Counted from the first letter of the stretch, positions 17,065 to 27,504 are shown. The stretch: DNA of 55,261 nt from Candidatus Poseidoniales archaeon (GCA_028821675.1 JAPKFG010000002.1:1-55261); one strand, 5' to 3'. A program made the numbers and translations. Notes: generated by a model from the sequence alone, not told the origin.

Positions 17065-18396
17065 TCAGTTGGAACCGACAAGTGCCTCGATTTCAGTGAT
17101 TTCCTTGGGGCACTTTGCTGTGAGTACCACCGGCCCATCTTCGGTGACAAGAACATCGTCTTCGATTCGAACACCAATACCGGACCATTTCGAATCAATT
17201 TCGACATCGTCTCTCCATGCTCCAAAGTATAATCCAGGTTCAATTGTAATAACCATCCCGGGTGCAAGTATGCGTTCCGACTCCTCATCCCCTTGTCGAC
17301 CACCACCTACATCGTGAACATCAAGTCCAAGGAAATGCCCTGTTCCATGCATGAAATATTCTCTATATTGTCCATCGAAATCCTCACCCAGCGCTTCTTC
17401 AAGCGAGCAATCAAGAATCCCCAATTCAATGAGTCCAGCAGCTAGTACACGCGATGTTGCATGATGCATAGCGCTCCATGGTGAACCGGCCTGACAGGCC
17501 TCGATTCCAGCGATTTGAGCCTTGAGGACTAGTTCGTAGATGTCTCGTTGGGCATCAGTAAATTTTCCATTGACAGGAAATGTTCTCGTGATATCACTAG
17601 CATAGCCATCAATTTCACACCCTGCATCGATTAGAACCAGATCACCATCATTCATGACGTCGTTATTATCGCCATAGTGTAGGATTGTCGCGTTGTCACC
17701 ACTGCCCACAATACTGGGGTAGGCCCACTGTGATTGATGGAATAGGAAGCATCCTTCAATGATTGACTGCATATGCCATTCACCCATGCCCAGCACACAC
17801 TCACGCATCGCTTCCACGTGTGCGTGCGATGCAAGGTCCGCCGAATATTGCATCAAAGCAACTTCGGCCTCTGATTTTATGACGCGCATATCATCGAGAA
17901 TTTCTCCGGGATTCAGTGAATCTTCTTGTAATGCCAACTCAACGATTTCATCGACATCTGAATCTAGACCATGAATGTGATAGACATTCTCTACATCATT
18001 CAACAGTTCTTCGAGATTTTCCTTAAGATTATCTCGACTCTCTGTTTCATCCACAGGCCACCCAGTTAGTGCCCCTTCCACACCAGGTCGTCGCCCATTC
18101 CAAGTTTCCATTTTGATGTCACGTGGTCTGACAAATAAGCGGCATTTCCATTCGCCATCATGATGAAAAACAGCCACGCCCTCCTTTCCGTGCCAACCAG
18201 TGAGGTAGTGAAGATACGAGTTGAAACGATGTCTGTGGTGGACATCAGCACTACGGATACCGACAGGATTGTTGGTGATGATGGCAACCGAACCTTTCGT
18301 CATTTCTGCACAGAAATCCTGCTGACGCTGACGCATCTCAGAATGATTGATTGCGGCTGGACGTGTGCCCAGTGCAGAGGTCACCCTCTCGTACAT
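17065..18396 (-). CDS. pepP: Xaa-Pro aminopeptidase (M24B, PepP-like)
   Basis: Metal-ligand motif series LIDAGCEIDGYASDITRTFPVNGKF, HGTGHFLGLDVHD, PGMVITIEPGLY and GVRIEDDVLVT. Confidence 0.9.
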   Translation of the reverse strand: MYERVTSALGTRPAAINHSEMRQRQQDFCAEMTKGSVAIITNNPVGIRSADVHHRHRFNSYLHYLTGWHGKEGVAVFHHDGEWKCRLFVRPRDIKMETWNGRRPGVEGALTGWPVDETESRDNLKENLEELLNDVENVYHIHGLDSDVDEIVELALQEDSLNPGEILDDMRVIKSEAEVALMQYSADLASHAHVEAMRECVLGMGEWHMQSIIEGCFLFHQSQWAYPSIVGSGDNATILHYGDNNDVMNDGDLVLIDAGCEIDGYASDITRTFPVNGKFTDAQRDIYELVLKAQIAGIEACQAGSPWSAMHHATSRVLAAGLIELGILDCSLEEALGEDFDGQYREYFMHGTGHFLGLDVHDVGGGRQGDEESERILAPGMVITIEPGLYFGAWRDDVEIDSKWSGIGVRIEDDVLVTEDGPVVLTAKCPKEITEIEALVGSN

Positions 18397-18461
18397 GATT
18401 GATGCCGACTCGACGACCCTTCATGAGACATTCGGGTCAAAATCGGGTATTTTTCGACCTA

Positions 18462-19961
18462 TTATCGCTTCCATTTTGGAATGGTTGCAGACTGATTACT
18501 ATAGAGGCGAATCAGAATGATTACAAGGAAAATACTCACAAGAATTCCAGCGATAATAATCATTAATGCCCATAATCCAACTCCCCCCAATTCGTCATTA
18601 TACATCGGATCAGAAGGTGTTCCTTGAACCCCAAATGTCACCGTGATTGTATTTGTGGCCCCATCATCGTCTGTCACTTCAAGCATCAGGGTGTGAGAAC
18701 TGGAAAGATCATCTGGCTTTTGCATCTGACGTTCCCAACCCGTCATGAGAGGCTCGCCATCGATATACCATGTACAGATAAGTCCAGGTTTGTCGTTCTC
18801 GCTATCAGTCGACCCCCCACATTCAATCAGCCATTGGGGGGCATCAACAAGGGTGATACTATCCCCCTCTTCCAGGTGTTGTCCCCCCACACTTAATTGT
18901 GCGACTGGTGCTTGATTGCTAATATTGAATTGATGTGAAATGGTATCGGAAAATCCAGCGCTGTCGGCCACGGTCAATGTTAGAGTGTAATGACCAGATT
19001 GTGTAGCATCTACCTCAAATGTTCGATAGTCATCCCCACTTTCGATAATCTGTCCATCTGGGCCACCATCAAGCACCCACAGGAAAACCAGGCCTTCTCT
19101 ACCCCAGTTTTGATCGCTACTCCCGCTCCCGTCGAACTGAATCATCCCTGCAGACTCATTCACTTCAGTAGACCCTTCAATCCTAGCAGTTGGGGCATGG
19201 TTGTCAATTCCAACAGTCAGACAGGCACAGGGCGAGGTCAAACCGTCGTTGGACACAGCTCTAATAATCAGGGAATATTCTCCATCATCGTAGGCCGTCG
19301 TATCAAAGGACCACATTGGATTTGAACCCGATATTAAGGATGTCATGTTGTACCATTGAACCGATTCCGGAGATTCAATCCATGATTGGATACAGGACAT
19401 TGCAATTTCACTACTATTACTGACAGTCCATTCTGCCCCCGTGAGTCCTCCCTCATCCATTGCAATAGTGTGAATCATAACAGTGCCTGTGAGTTTCTCT
19501 GGTGTGCTATCAAAGATGATACGTGGCGCCAATTGAATCATTTCCTCGCCTTGCGAAAAGAGAATGAGTTGTGCCACATCAATCTGATTATTTACATCTG
19601 TAGCCCGAATTTCAAGAAGACATGAACAAGGGGTATAGGATGAGAAATTGAGATCTAAAGAATATCCCCACGAGTTGCGACTCGACTCATGTGACCCTCC
19701 GGTTTCCGCTAGGCTATCAATCAAGTCTCCTTCATTGACCAAATCCAATCCATTGAAAATTTTCCATGTGAGTGATATGGGCATTTCTTCATCGATATAG
19801 GTTCCAGAAATATTCAGACTCGAATCGACAAACAAACCCTGATTTTGGTCGATTATAATCTGAGGTGAATCATCCGTAGTGGGGGTCTCAGACATTCCAA
19901 GGGGTGAGAGCAAAATCAACACGCACAAGGCCGAACCTAGACGACCTAACCCCTTCACCAT
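18462..19961 (-). CDS. Surface protein with PKD-like domains and a C-terminal TM anchor
   Basis: Signal peptide (LCVLILLSPLGMSE). Two PKD-type modules (FDGSGSSD...FLWVLDGG...GHYTLTLTVADSAGFSD; GGSTDSEND...CTWYIDGE...HTLMLEVTDDDG). C-terminal helix LWALMIIIAGILVSIFLVIILI. Confidence 0.75.
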   Translation of the reverse strand: MVKGLGRLGSALCVLILLSPLGMSETPTTDDSPQIIIDQNQGLFVDSSLNISGTYIDEEMPISLTWKIFNGLDLVNEGDLIDSLAETGGSHESSRNSWGYSLDLNFSSYTPCSCLLEIRATDVNNQIDVAQLILFSQGEEMIQLAPRIIFDSTPEKLTGTVMIHTIAMDEGGLTGAEWTVSNSSEIAMSCIQSWIESPESVQWYNMTSLISGSNPMWSFDTTAYDDGEYSLIIRAVSNDGLTSPCACLTVGIDNHAPTARIEGSTEVNESAGMIQFDGSGSSDQNWGREGLVFLWVLDGGPDGQIIESGDDYRTFEVDATQSGHYTLTLTVADSAGFSDTISHQFNISNQAPVAQLSVGGQHLEEGDSITLVDAPQWLIECGGSTDSENDKPGLICTWYIDGEPLMTGWERQMQKPDDLSSSHTLMLEVTDDDGATNTITVTFGVQGTPSDPMYNDELGGVGLWALMIIIAGILVSIFLVIILIRLYSNQSATIPKWKR

Positions 19962-20005
19962 GGTGATAGGGCACCCCGCACCGCTTTCAATCGTTGGTTG
20001 GGTTG

Positions 20006-20023
20006 AGCGCCCTAAAGGGCGCT
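20006..20023 (-). terminator. GC-rich hairpin AGCGCCC-TAAA-GGGCGCT between two co-directional surface-protein genes
   Basis: Seen directly in the sequence. It lies 17 nt downstream of the stop of the 1015 aa gene and upstream of the PKD gene start at 19961. No T-tract is present. Confidence 0.3.
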
Positions 20024-20039
20024 TTCGGTCGTGACGACC

Positions 20040-23000
20040 TCATTCGAAGTTGTCACAGTGTTGTCCTTGACCGGGGAAGCTTGTTGGTTCACGCGGATTG
20101 GTGTACCATTTCTCTTCACATTTGTTTGTGTAGCCGTCTTGGTCAACGTCAATGATTGCATCAGCAGCATCGAACGGATCGAACTGGAAGTAGTATTCCC
20201 ATCCTGATGCCATGTCATCATTGTCATGATCTTGATAGAACACTTCTGGACCATCTTCTAAGCCATCACCATCTGTATCATTATGTACTGGACTGGTTCC
20301 ATTGAGAAGTTCCTCATAATTGGTGTAATTTTCCAAGTCATTGTAGAATTGACTGCCTTCGGGGACCGTCGGGTCGATATGACAATTGAAGGTCCCAGGG
20401 TCATTGTGTGAAGGACAGTAGCGATTTAGTAGACTGGTGCGGTTCAGACCGTCCATATCGAAGTCCTCTTCTCCATCTTCAATCCCATCTAAATCGCTGT
20501 CAATCATGCTCGGATCCATCGGACCACGGGCCCCAATAGCTTGCAATTCTTCTGAACTGGATAGCCCTAATTCAAGGGCCTTGTCTGACCAATACACTTC
20601 CCAACCATCGGGCAACCGATCTTGGTCCGTATCATCGTCAACCGGGTTGGTATCCCAACGGTCCGGTGCTTCCATAGCATTTGGCAGAGTATCGTTGTCA
20701 ATATCGAAGTTGGCATCTGGTAAACTACCCAACGCCGGGTCGAGTGCCCAACGTCCGCCTTCAGATGGTACTGAGAATCCAGTTAGATTCATCTCATGAA
20801 CGAAATATTTCGGATCTGCCTTACCATCATTGTCAGCATCACCTGCGCTGCCCGACCACTCCTGAATTCCATTCAGGTAAATCCAGCCACCTGCAGCCTT
20901 CTCACAAGTCGAATCCTCACACCCAACTGGCCTCCACGAACTCATGGCAATCCACAATGAATGCGAACGGGTATTGTCAGTAGTTGACTCGACCTGCATC
21001 TCCCACCCATCAAGCATTCCATCACCGTCGGTATCGTTGACCAGTGGATTGGTTGCACTTTGCCATGGTCTAGGAATATAGAGAACTTCATCCCCATCGT
21101 TCAGGGTGTCGTTGTCGGTATCAGAATTGTTGGCGTGAGTGATGTATTGATCTAGACCAAGGGCGATTTCTTCGCCGTCTTCTAGGCCGTCATTATCAGT
21201 ATCGAACATGGATGCATTGGTCGTGTACGGAACTCCATCCCAGACAAATCCATCAACCGCTTCAGTATAATCCTCAAGATTGTCACTGTCTGTATCTCTA
21301 TTGCTTGCGTTGGTGTATGTGATGTAGTATTCTCGACTGTCATTCAGACCATCCCCATCTGTATCAAATACTCCAGGGTCGCTAGTAACATGGACTTCAT
21401 TTACACCTCGATTGACAACTCGAATTGTCCAGCCCATGACTTCGATGCCATCCAATAATCCATCACCATCAGTGTCCGGGTTGAGTGGGTCGCTTGAACG
21501 ACCATCGATGACACCATCTCCATCTCGGTCTCTAGCTTGGTATTCGTCGAGGTTAGTGAATCGCTCATGGTGTTCGACAATGTTCATCCAAACGAAACTC
21601 CTCTCGGTAATCTCCTGGTTCACTTGTGCCGAGATTGAGTACACGAATCCGTCAACAGGTGCAGAGAGTGGAATGAGTTCGTATTGCTGGCCACCTGAAC
21701 TCGCGCCAGAGAGTGTGACCCTGGCCCATGCTACAGTTTGGTTAGCAACCACTTCTTGATATGGTTCGATATTGATTGAGTGCACTCGCGCGAATCCATC
21801 AAATTCGGATAATCGCACATCGCCGTTGCCATTCTGGTCAAATCCATCGTGGTCAGGGTCATCCATTCCGTTGCTCCCGTTTCGTGGATTTAATCCATTG
21901 ATTGCTTCCCAACCGTCTGGCATGAAATCATCATCTGAATCCCAATCGGTTGGGTCTGTGAATTGTGAGGCCCCCCAAGTGTAGGCCACTTGGTATTCCT
22001 CGACGTTGGACAGTCCATCTCCATCTGAATCGGCGAATGAATCTGTGGCGTTTGCTGGGTCTAGAATTTCAACGTAACAGAACTCAAAACCATCCGGCAT
22101 ACCATCGCCATCAGTGTCCCAGTCACCTGGGCCATTTGTGCGGCCATCGTTATCCATGTCTTCCTCGTACCATTCAAGATTCTCTTCGACAATACGTGCT
22201 TGTGTGAATGGCGCCGAGATGGTCATCGTATTGACAACATTTCCGCAATATGAATCGATATTAATATCGCCAAATGCAACTTCAACTTCGTCACCGATCA
22301 AGTCACCGTCACTATCCTCCGACCAAGGGTCTGTGCCATACCGTTCTTCGATATAATTCGGCATCGTATCTCCGTCGACATCGAGTACAGTGTCACATGA
22401 ATGACGTCCAGTGAACGAATCTTCTAGGAGATTCCACTCATCTTGTCCAAACGAAAGAATCCAATCTGCAACAGTTGAAGGTGTTAGTAGGCTACAATCC
22501 CAGTTCGCATCGACTGGGTTCATCAGTGTGAATGTCGTTCCATCAGCTCCAATGGTTGTCTGCTGATGTAGGACCTCCCAGCCATCATTGAGACCATCTG
22601 AGTCACTGTCTCTCAGATTCGGGTTGGTGCCGTATAGGGCCTCCTCTACGTTCGGTAGCCCATCTCTGTCAGGGTCCCCCATAGGTCCGTTGTCGGGGTC
22701 AGGGAAAGTTTCGTTGTTCTCTCCAGTTGTGATATCATCCGTATTCGGATTTTGACTTGATTCAATTTCACCGAAGTCAGCATCACCATCATCTAATGGA
22801 TCCAGTCCGTTGGCGACTTCCCACCCATCGAGTAAGCCGTCACCATCCGTATCGTCATTGTCAAAATCAGTGCCGTATTGGGTAATCTCCATGCGATCGC
22901 TCAAACCATCTTCATCGTAGTCTGCCCCTTCTTGTTGGGTTTCGTCGTCCGGTGCTGTAATATCACTGCCCGCTCCATCGAAATTGAGTGTAGTTTCCAT

Positions 23001-23087
23001 CATTGAACCGACGATTGTATACATGCCCGCTAAACAGATGGTTGCGGTAATTGCGACAACAGCCCATTGGTTGTGATTTAGTCCCAT
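20040..23087 (-). CDS. Giant surface protein made mostly of thrombospondin type-3-like Ca-binding repeats
   Basis: 1015 aa with an N-terminal helix (WAVVAITATICLAGMYTIVGSMM). More than 20 DxDxDGLxDGxE / DSDGDxxxDxxE motifs run through the whole length. An AAGGAG Shine-Dalgarno-like box lies 8-13 nt upstream of the ATG. Confidence 0.8.
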   Translation of the reverse strand: MGLNHNQWAVVAITATICLAGMYTIVGSMMETTLNFDGAGSDITAPDDETQQEGADYDEDGLSDRMEITQYGTDFDNDDTDGDGLLDGWEVANGLDPLDDGDADFGEIESSQNPNTDDITTGENNETFPDPDNGPMGDPDRDGLPNVEEALYGTNPNLRDSDSDGLNDGWEVLHQQTTIGADGTTFTLMNPVDANWDCSLLTPSTVADWILSFGQDEWNLLEDSFTGRHSCDTVLDVDGDTMPNYIEERYGTDPWSEDSDGDLIGDEVEVAFGDINIDSYCGNVVNTMTISAPFTQARIVEENLEWYEEDMDNDGRTNGPGDWDTDGDGMPDGFEFCYVEILDPANATDSFADSDGDGLSNVEEYQVAYTWGASQFTDPTDWDSDDDFMPDGWEAINGLNPRNGSNGMDDPDHDGFDQNGNGDVRLSEFDGFARVHSINIEPYQEVVANQTVAWARVTLSGASSGGQQYELIPLSAPVDGFVYSISAQVNQEITERSFVWMNIVEHHERFTNLDEYQARDRDGDGVIDGRSSDPLNPDTDGDGLLDGIEVMGWTIRVVNRGVNEVHVTSDPGVFDTDGDGLNDSREYYITYTNASNRDTDSDNLEDYTEAVDGFVWDGVPYTTNASMFDTDNDGLEDGEEIALGLDQYITHANNSDTDNDTLNDGDEVLYIPRPWQSATNPLVNDTDGDGMLDGWEMQVESTTDNTRSHSLWIAMSSWRPVGCEDSTCEKAAGGWIYLNGIQEWSGSAGDADNDGKADPKYFVHEMNLTGFSVPSEGGRWALDPALGSLPDANFDIDNDTLPNAMEAPDRWDTNPVDDDTDQDRLPDGWEVYWSDKALELGLSSSEELQAIGARGPMDPSMIDSDLDGIEDGEEDFDMDGLNRTSLLNRYCPSHNDPGTFNCHIDPTVPEGSQFYNDLENYTNYEELLNGTSPVHNDTDGDGLEDGPEVFYQDHDNDDMASGWEYYFQFDPFDAADAIIDVDQDGYTNKCEEKWYTNPREPTSFPGQGQHCDNFE

Positions 23088-23102
23088 TATTTCATCTCCT
23101 TC

Positions 23103-23119
23103 AGGGTGCGTAGCACCCT
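23103..23119 (-). promoter_or_regulatory. 7-bp hairpin (AGGGTGC-GTA-GCACCCT) abutting the SD box of the 1015 aa gene
   Basis: Seen directly in the sequence. On the minus strand the order is hairpin, then GAAGGAGAUGAAAUA, then AUG (23087). Its function is unknown; it could be a 5' UTR structure or the terminator of the upstream 366 aa gene. Confidence 0.3.
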
Positions 23120-23211
23120 TCTACTTTCTTCCGACACGACGCTTTACACTTAATGCTTCAGTGACGCCGTGTGGCCCAGTATCACGCAATAGAGACGTAA
23201 AATGCGTATTA

Positions 23212-24312
23212 TTATGCTATTTCTCTTCGACTTTCTAGCCTGATGTGCTGTCCGGTTTCGTCCGATGCCCATGTCGCCTTCGCCGAACGTCCTTCTGCGC
23301 GCTCCCAGCATCCAATCAGGCGCCCCACAAGAATGGCCGGATGTAGGGCTGCAGAAACATGGAGTTTCACCCCCCCATGTTCGTCAATTTCTTCTGCCCC
23401 CATCACGATGCCCAGGCCTTGTAGTGCTAAATGTCGCCTTGAGACCGAAATCCAATGTTCAGCCGAAGCTATGAGGACCAATTCACCGGAAGCCAGAAAC
23501 TGCCGCCTAGCCGCCTCAGCCATTGCATCCCACAGGACAATCTGTTCGGGCTGTGAAATGCCTTCCCATTTCGTACGAGCATCAGTAGATCTCTGCGTTG
23601 CTGTGAGATAAGGAGTGGCGAGAGCCTCAAATCGGAGTAAGATATCACGAGATAACATAATTACACGATTTCCTTCGACAGTCCACAACCCATCTGCTTC
23701 ATGACGTGCCCTGTCATAGAGGCGTTCATCATCTGTCGCTACACCTCTACAATCCACCCAAGGAGTAATGGATTTTTTGGGCGATGGAATTTGTCGGGAA
23801 TCACGGGTACATTCTACTACCGTTTCCCCCGCTCCTCGGTCTGACCATTGGAAACGAAATCGCTGTCCTTCGATACATTCCCAAACGGCATTCGCCATGC
23901 CCGCTGCAAGTGCCGTTTGGCCACGATTGGCCACCAACAGTGTAGCCCCGTTAGATGAAGTTTCTAACATCTGAAGTTGCCCCATCCCGCGAATGGCCCA
24001 ATCTGAATTGACATACGCAATCCTCTTCTTTTGCTGACCCAGCCAAGATTTGGGCATCGGGGGCGCCATATTCCACAGCCATTCTTCACTTTCCGCAGAT
24101 GCATGAGCCAATCTTCGACCGAGGGTTTGATCGGTCACCTCCTCTAGTACCGAGAACCAATTCTCAAAGGCTGGTAATGTCAGACACCAGACGGATGAAT
24201 CCCCTGCCTGCGTGTCGATGATGAACCCCACATCTGTCGGTGAATATCGTTGCTTCAATTTGGCAATCAACCATGGTGTCGACTCATCCATTGAATCATC
24301 AACAAGTGGCAT
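23212..24312 (-). CDS. Hypothetical soluble protein (366 aa), apparently two similar halves
   Basis: Long ORF with no TM segment. It starts 8 nt after the stop of the upstream 1047 aa gene, which suggests co-transcription. The two halves each end in a G-x-G / CWE-type pattern (AVWECIEGQRF ; LIGCWERAEGRS). No family confidently recognised. Confidence 0.6.
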   Translation of the reverse strand: MPLVDDSMDESTPWLIAKLKQRYSPTDVGFIIDTQAGDSSVWCLTLPAFENWFSVLEEVTDQTLGRRLAHASAESEEWLWNMAPPMPKSWLGQQKKRIAYVNSDWAIRGMGQLQMLETSSNGATLLVANRGQTALAAGMANAVWECIEGQRFRFQWSDRGAGETVVECTRDSRQIPSPKKSITPWVDCRGVATDDERLYDRARHEADGLWTVEGNRVIMLSRDILLRFEALATPYLTATQRSTDARTKWEGISQPEQIVLWDAMAEAARRQFLASGELVLIASAEHWISVSRRHLALQGLGIVMGAEEIDEHGGVKLHVSAALHPAILVGRLIGCWERAEGRSAKATWASDETGQHIRLESRREIA

Positions 24313-24320
24313 TTAATCAC

Positions 24321-27300
24321 CTAGGAAAAATCTTGGAAATCGTCTGTATCATCTGCATTTTTGTCCTTGATATTTTTGCCCGGTTTTCGCGATATCTTCT
24401 GTATGCGTTGGACTTGTTCTGGACGTGATGACGGTCTGCGAGCAGGGCCCTCGCTTGGAAGGTTGTGTGTGGGTATTCCATGCTTCCCAGGGCCTGTTTC
24501 CATGATGGGCCGCCGATCTTCCTGGATACCCGACGGGAGTTGCTTGCCTTGAATTCCTAGGCTGCGACGATGAGCCCCTCTGTAGGCAGCAGGGCCGATG
24601 AGTCTCTCTAGGGTACGCATTCCTTTATCCAACGGCTTGGGGCGTTTTGTCCACCAACGCTCTGGTAGTGGTTGTGCTCGTGCCAAACGGCTTGATTTCA
24701 TATCCCTCATCCTGTTCCTAACCCGATTCTTGAATGGGCGTTCACGCTCTTTGTCCAAGCGGACTACCAGCCATCCAGGGAACCCAATATCATACACATT
24801 TCCGTTCACTGTCACCAGTAATCCCTTCAACATGAGATGATTTCCAATCGGCATTTTGTTTTCGTCACCTACCACCTTGTTACTTTTCAACTTCTTTGCA
24901 TATAGAATCATGGCTCGTTGATCACGATGTTTGATTTCTCGTCGTTGTTGTCGTCTGAATCTACGCGTAAAGAGTTGCATACAAATTAACGCAACAGTCG
25001 TACCGACGCCAATCAGTGGATTTTGATTTGTTTCAATCCATGCCAACCACCCAAGAATGAACCATGAGGGTAGCAATATAGCCCAATTAACGACGACCAT
25101 CACAAGTGTAGGCGTATAGGCCGGGGGGACACCCTTTTCCAATGCTTCATGCGCAATCACCATGACGTTGGCATTGAGGGCTTCATCCATCCCTTTTCGA
25201 GCTTTGAGGGCTGCAAATGGATTCACTGGTGCATCATCAATCCATGCCGCCTTTTCTGCATCTGTTCCAATGGCGAGTGCAATTTCCAATTCTTCTGCGT
25301 CTGCATGGAATCCGAGTATTCCTCCTAGTGCTTGCACACGCGGATCCTCGGGACTCGATTCGTTCACTTCTTCAAAAACATCTAGGGCATCGAACCATTC
25401 ACCCAAATCGATCATGCACAGGGAGCATGCTATTCTAGCCAGTGTAGAATCTGGATGGGCTCTGACTAGATCGAGACATAAATCGAGTGCTTCTTCACTA
25501 CGTCTTTGCGCGCGTAACATGGCAGCGCTGGCAATTTGTGCGTGTAGAGATAGCCGATCACTGTGTGCATTCCCTAGGTGTGATTCAGGTGACCAAGACT
25601 TGAGCCGTTTCTGCATTTCGCGGAGATGATCAACCGTTGAGTTATTCTCCCAGTCATACAAATCGTCTTTTTCGACACGTCCGACCCATGGATCCAACCA
25701 TTCCATAGTTAGGGCGAGTAATTCTGGTTCATCATACCCGTCGGGTTGTTCCATCCCACGAAGAGCCTCTTTGGCTGCATCGAAACGGCGGCATGCAATA
25801 TGCCCGGTTGCAATAATCATCCTTGCTTCGTCATCATCACCACCTTGTTGTGCCAACACTTTTCTGGCTTCCTCAATGGCTCTAGGCCACAACCCACGAA
25901 GTGCTGATTCTATCATCCGAGCCCGACCTTTTTCAAGTCGAACAACGGCCTTTTCACCATCTATCTTCTCAGTTTGGAAATTCCTCAGGGTCGCAATATC
26001 ATCGGCTCTAGCAGCGATTGCGATATGATCTCTCATCCAATCACCACCACCAGCCATAATCACACCCTCTCGGCGTTCATCGGGTGCTAGATCGAATTTG
26101 AGGCCGCGGAGATGACCAAATCTGGTGCTTGATAGTAGCCACGTCAAGAGGAAAATAGCCTGCCCTGCAGCGATAAATTGCCATGTACTTTCAAGCAGTA
26201 ATTTTTCGCTGATACTGCCTCCATATGGCATTAAATTACCAAATTCTTTGTATGTCTGCAAAACGAGTAGAAGTACAATGTATCCCGAGAATCCAGCCAA
26301 ACCGAAGAACAGAATTCGCCCTTGGACTTCAGTTTCGGTTCTAATATCACGTGGCTGGGCAAGAATCACACCCCCTACACCTGCAAATGTTTGACCTCCG
26401 AGGAACAAGTTCCGAGTCAATTCAAAGATGAAAGCCAGACCGACAATCGCAACATTCAGCATCAGATATGATGCCAGGACCTCTTCTAGGGTTTTGAGAG
26501 AGATGATTTTTTGCATGTATTCGGAATTCTCTACCATTGAAAATATGGCTTCTCCAAGAATTCCACCGACGTCGAGTAACCTGTCAGAATTCGGCGGTTG
26601 ATTGATGATTACGTGGATGAGTGTAACGATTCCGTTGATTGCTGTCAGCGGCATCGTCGCAAGGAATACCACCAAGAAGAGCGAAATTAGTCGTCGTAAG
26701 AATCTGGGTCTATCAGGGTCAATCGGTGTTTTCCAACCCTTCGCAGTTCGCCATTTTGAAAGAAGTAGTGTATTCCAAGAGGCCCCCATGATTCGACCAT
26801 AAGCAAAAATGGTCGGTGCCATGAATACCAGTAATGCGTATCCACTCCAACGAATCATAATCGTCGAATTGAAGACGCCATTTGCATTTGCGGCTATCCA
26901 TCCATAGTACATGATTGATGTCACAATCATCACCATCGCCGTAGCGGTCCCAATATAACCCACGACTTGAGTTGAGAATTTTTGACTGATTAGTCGCTTA
27001 TTCATCGCCCGAATTTGAGCATACATCGTTACAATTGGAGAGACGATGATTGGAACCGATACAAAAACAACTGTGAGAAAAATATTGGGCTTGTAAAATG
27101 TCCCAGGGCCAATCAATAATTCAGCAACGATGAGCATTACACCCCCCATTGCCATTAGATATGACAAAACACCCATCGACACGCCACGTATGTTCAGAAG
27201 TTCCCTCGTTTGCTGTTTGGTGCGGGTTAGTCGGTGAACCTCAAAGAGATCATCATCGACTTCAAAGGCGACCTGAAGATTTCCGAGACTGAGCGGCAGA

Positions 27301-27464
27301 ATCCATTTCCACAGTATCATCGTGCCTATGGCAGCCACTACTACTGGTACAAGCAATCCAATGTCAATGAACCCATAGTCGACAATTTCCGCTTCTGCCG
27401 AACTCAGAGGCAACAAGCAAATGAGCAATGCTAGGCTGAACAGCACCAAGCGAAAGTCACGCAT
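24321..27464 (-). CDS. Large polytopic membrane protein with a central soluble helical-repeat (TPR-like) region and a basic disordered tail; unknown function
   Basis: 1047 aa. Layout: signal-like N-terminus, about 10 hydrophobic helices in the first ~460 aa, a ~330 aa soluble alpha-helical region, two more helices (LVMVVVNWAILLPSWFILGWLAWI; LIGVGTTVALICMQLF), then an Arg/Lys/Pro-rich tail. No catalytic motif recognised. Confidence 0.65.
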   Translation of the reverse strand: MRDFRLVLFSLALLICLLPLSSAEAEIVDYGFIDIGLLVPVVVAAIGTMILWKWILPLSLGNLQVAFEVDDDLFEVHRLTRTKQQTRELLNIRGVSMGVLSYLMAMGGVMLIVAELLIGPGTFYKPNIFLTVVFVSVPIIVSPIVTMYAQIRAMNKRLISQKFSTQVVGYIGTATAMVMIVTSIMYYGWIAANANGVFNSTIMIRWSGYALLVFMAPTIFAYGRIMGASWNTLLLSKWRTAKGWKTPIDPDRPRFLRRLISLFLVVFLATMPLTAINGIVTLIHVIINQPPNSDRLLDVGGILGEAIFSMVENSEYMQKIISLKTLEEVLASYLMLNVAIVGLAFIFELTRNLFLGGQTFAGVGGVILAQPRDIRTETEVQGRILFFGLAGFSGYIVLLLVLQTYKEFGNLMPYGGSISEKLLLESTWQFIAAGQAIFLLTWLLSSTRFGHLRGLKFDLAPDERREGVIMAGGGDWMRDHIAIAARADDIATLRNFQTEKIDGEKAVVRLEKGRARMIESALRGLWPRAIEEARKVLAQQGGDDDEARMIIATGHIACRRFDAAKEALRGMEQPDGYDEPELLALTMEWLDPWVGRVEKDDLYDWENNSTVDHLREMQKRLKSWSPESHLGNAHSDRLSLHAQIASAAMLRAQRRSEEALDLCLDLVRAHPDSTLARIACSLCMIDLGEWFDALDVFEEVNESSPEDPRVQALGGILGFHADAEELEIALAIGTDAEKAAWIDDAPVNPFAALKARKGMDEALNANVMVIAHEALEKGVPPAYTPTLVMVVVNWAILLPSWFILGWLAWIETNQNPLIGVGTTVALICMQLFTRRFRRQQRREIKHRDQRAMILYAKKLKSNKVVGDENKMPIGNHLMLKGLLVTVNGNVYDIGFPGWLVVRLDKERERPFKNRVRNRMRDMKSSRLARAQPLPERWWTKRPKPLDKGMRTLERLIGPAAYRGAHRRSLGIQGKQLPSGIQEDRRPIMETGPGKHGIPTHNLPSEGPARRPSSRPEQVQRIQKISRKPGKNIKDKNADDTDDFQDFS

Positions 27465-27504
27465 CGTATATCCATGCTGCGCTCTGGTTCTAAGCGCTTC
27501 GACT

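Noticed and set aside
23212-24312. Assignment of the 366 aa protein to the V4R (4-vinyl reductase-like) small-molecule-binding family
   Set aside because: The only support is a loose pattern resemblance (duplicated halves, G-x-G and C-W-E motifs). That is too weak to annotate, so it is kept only as a hypothesis to test by HHpred.
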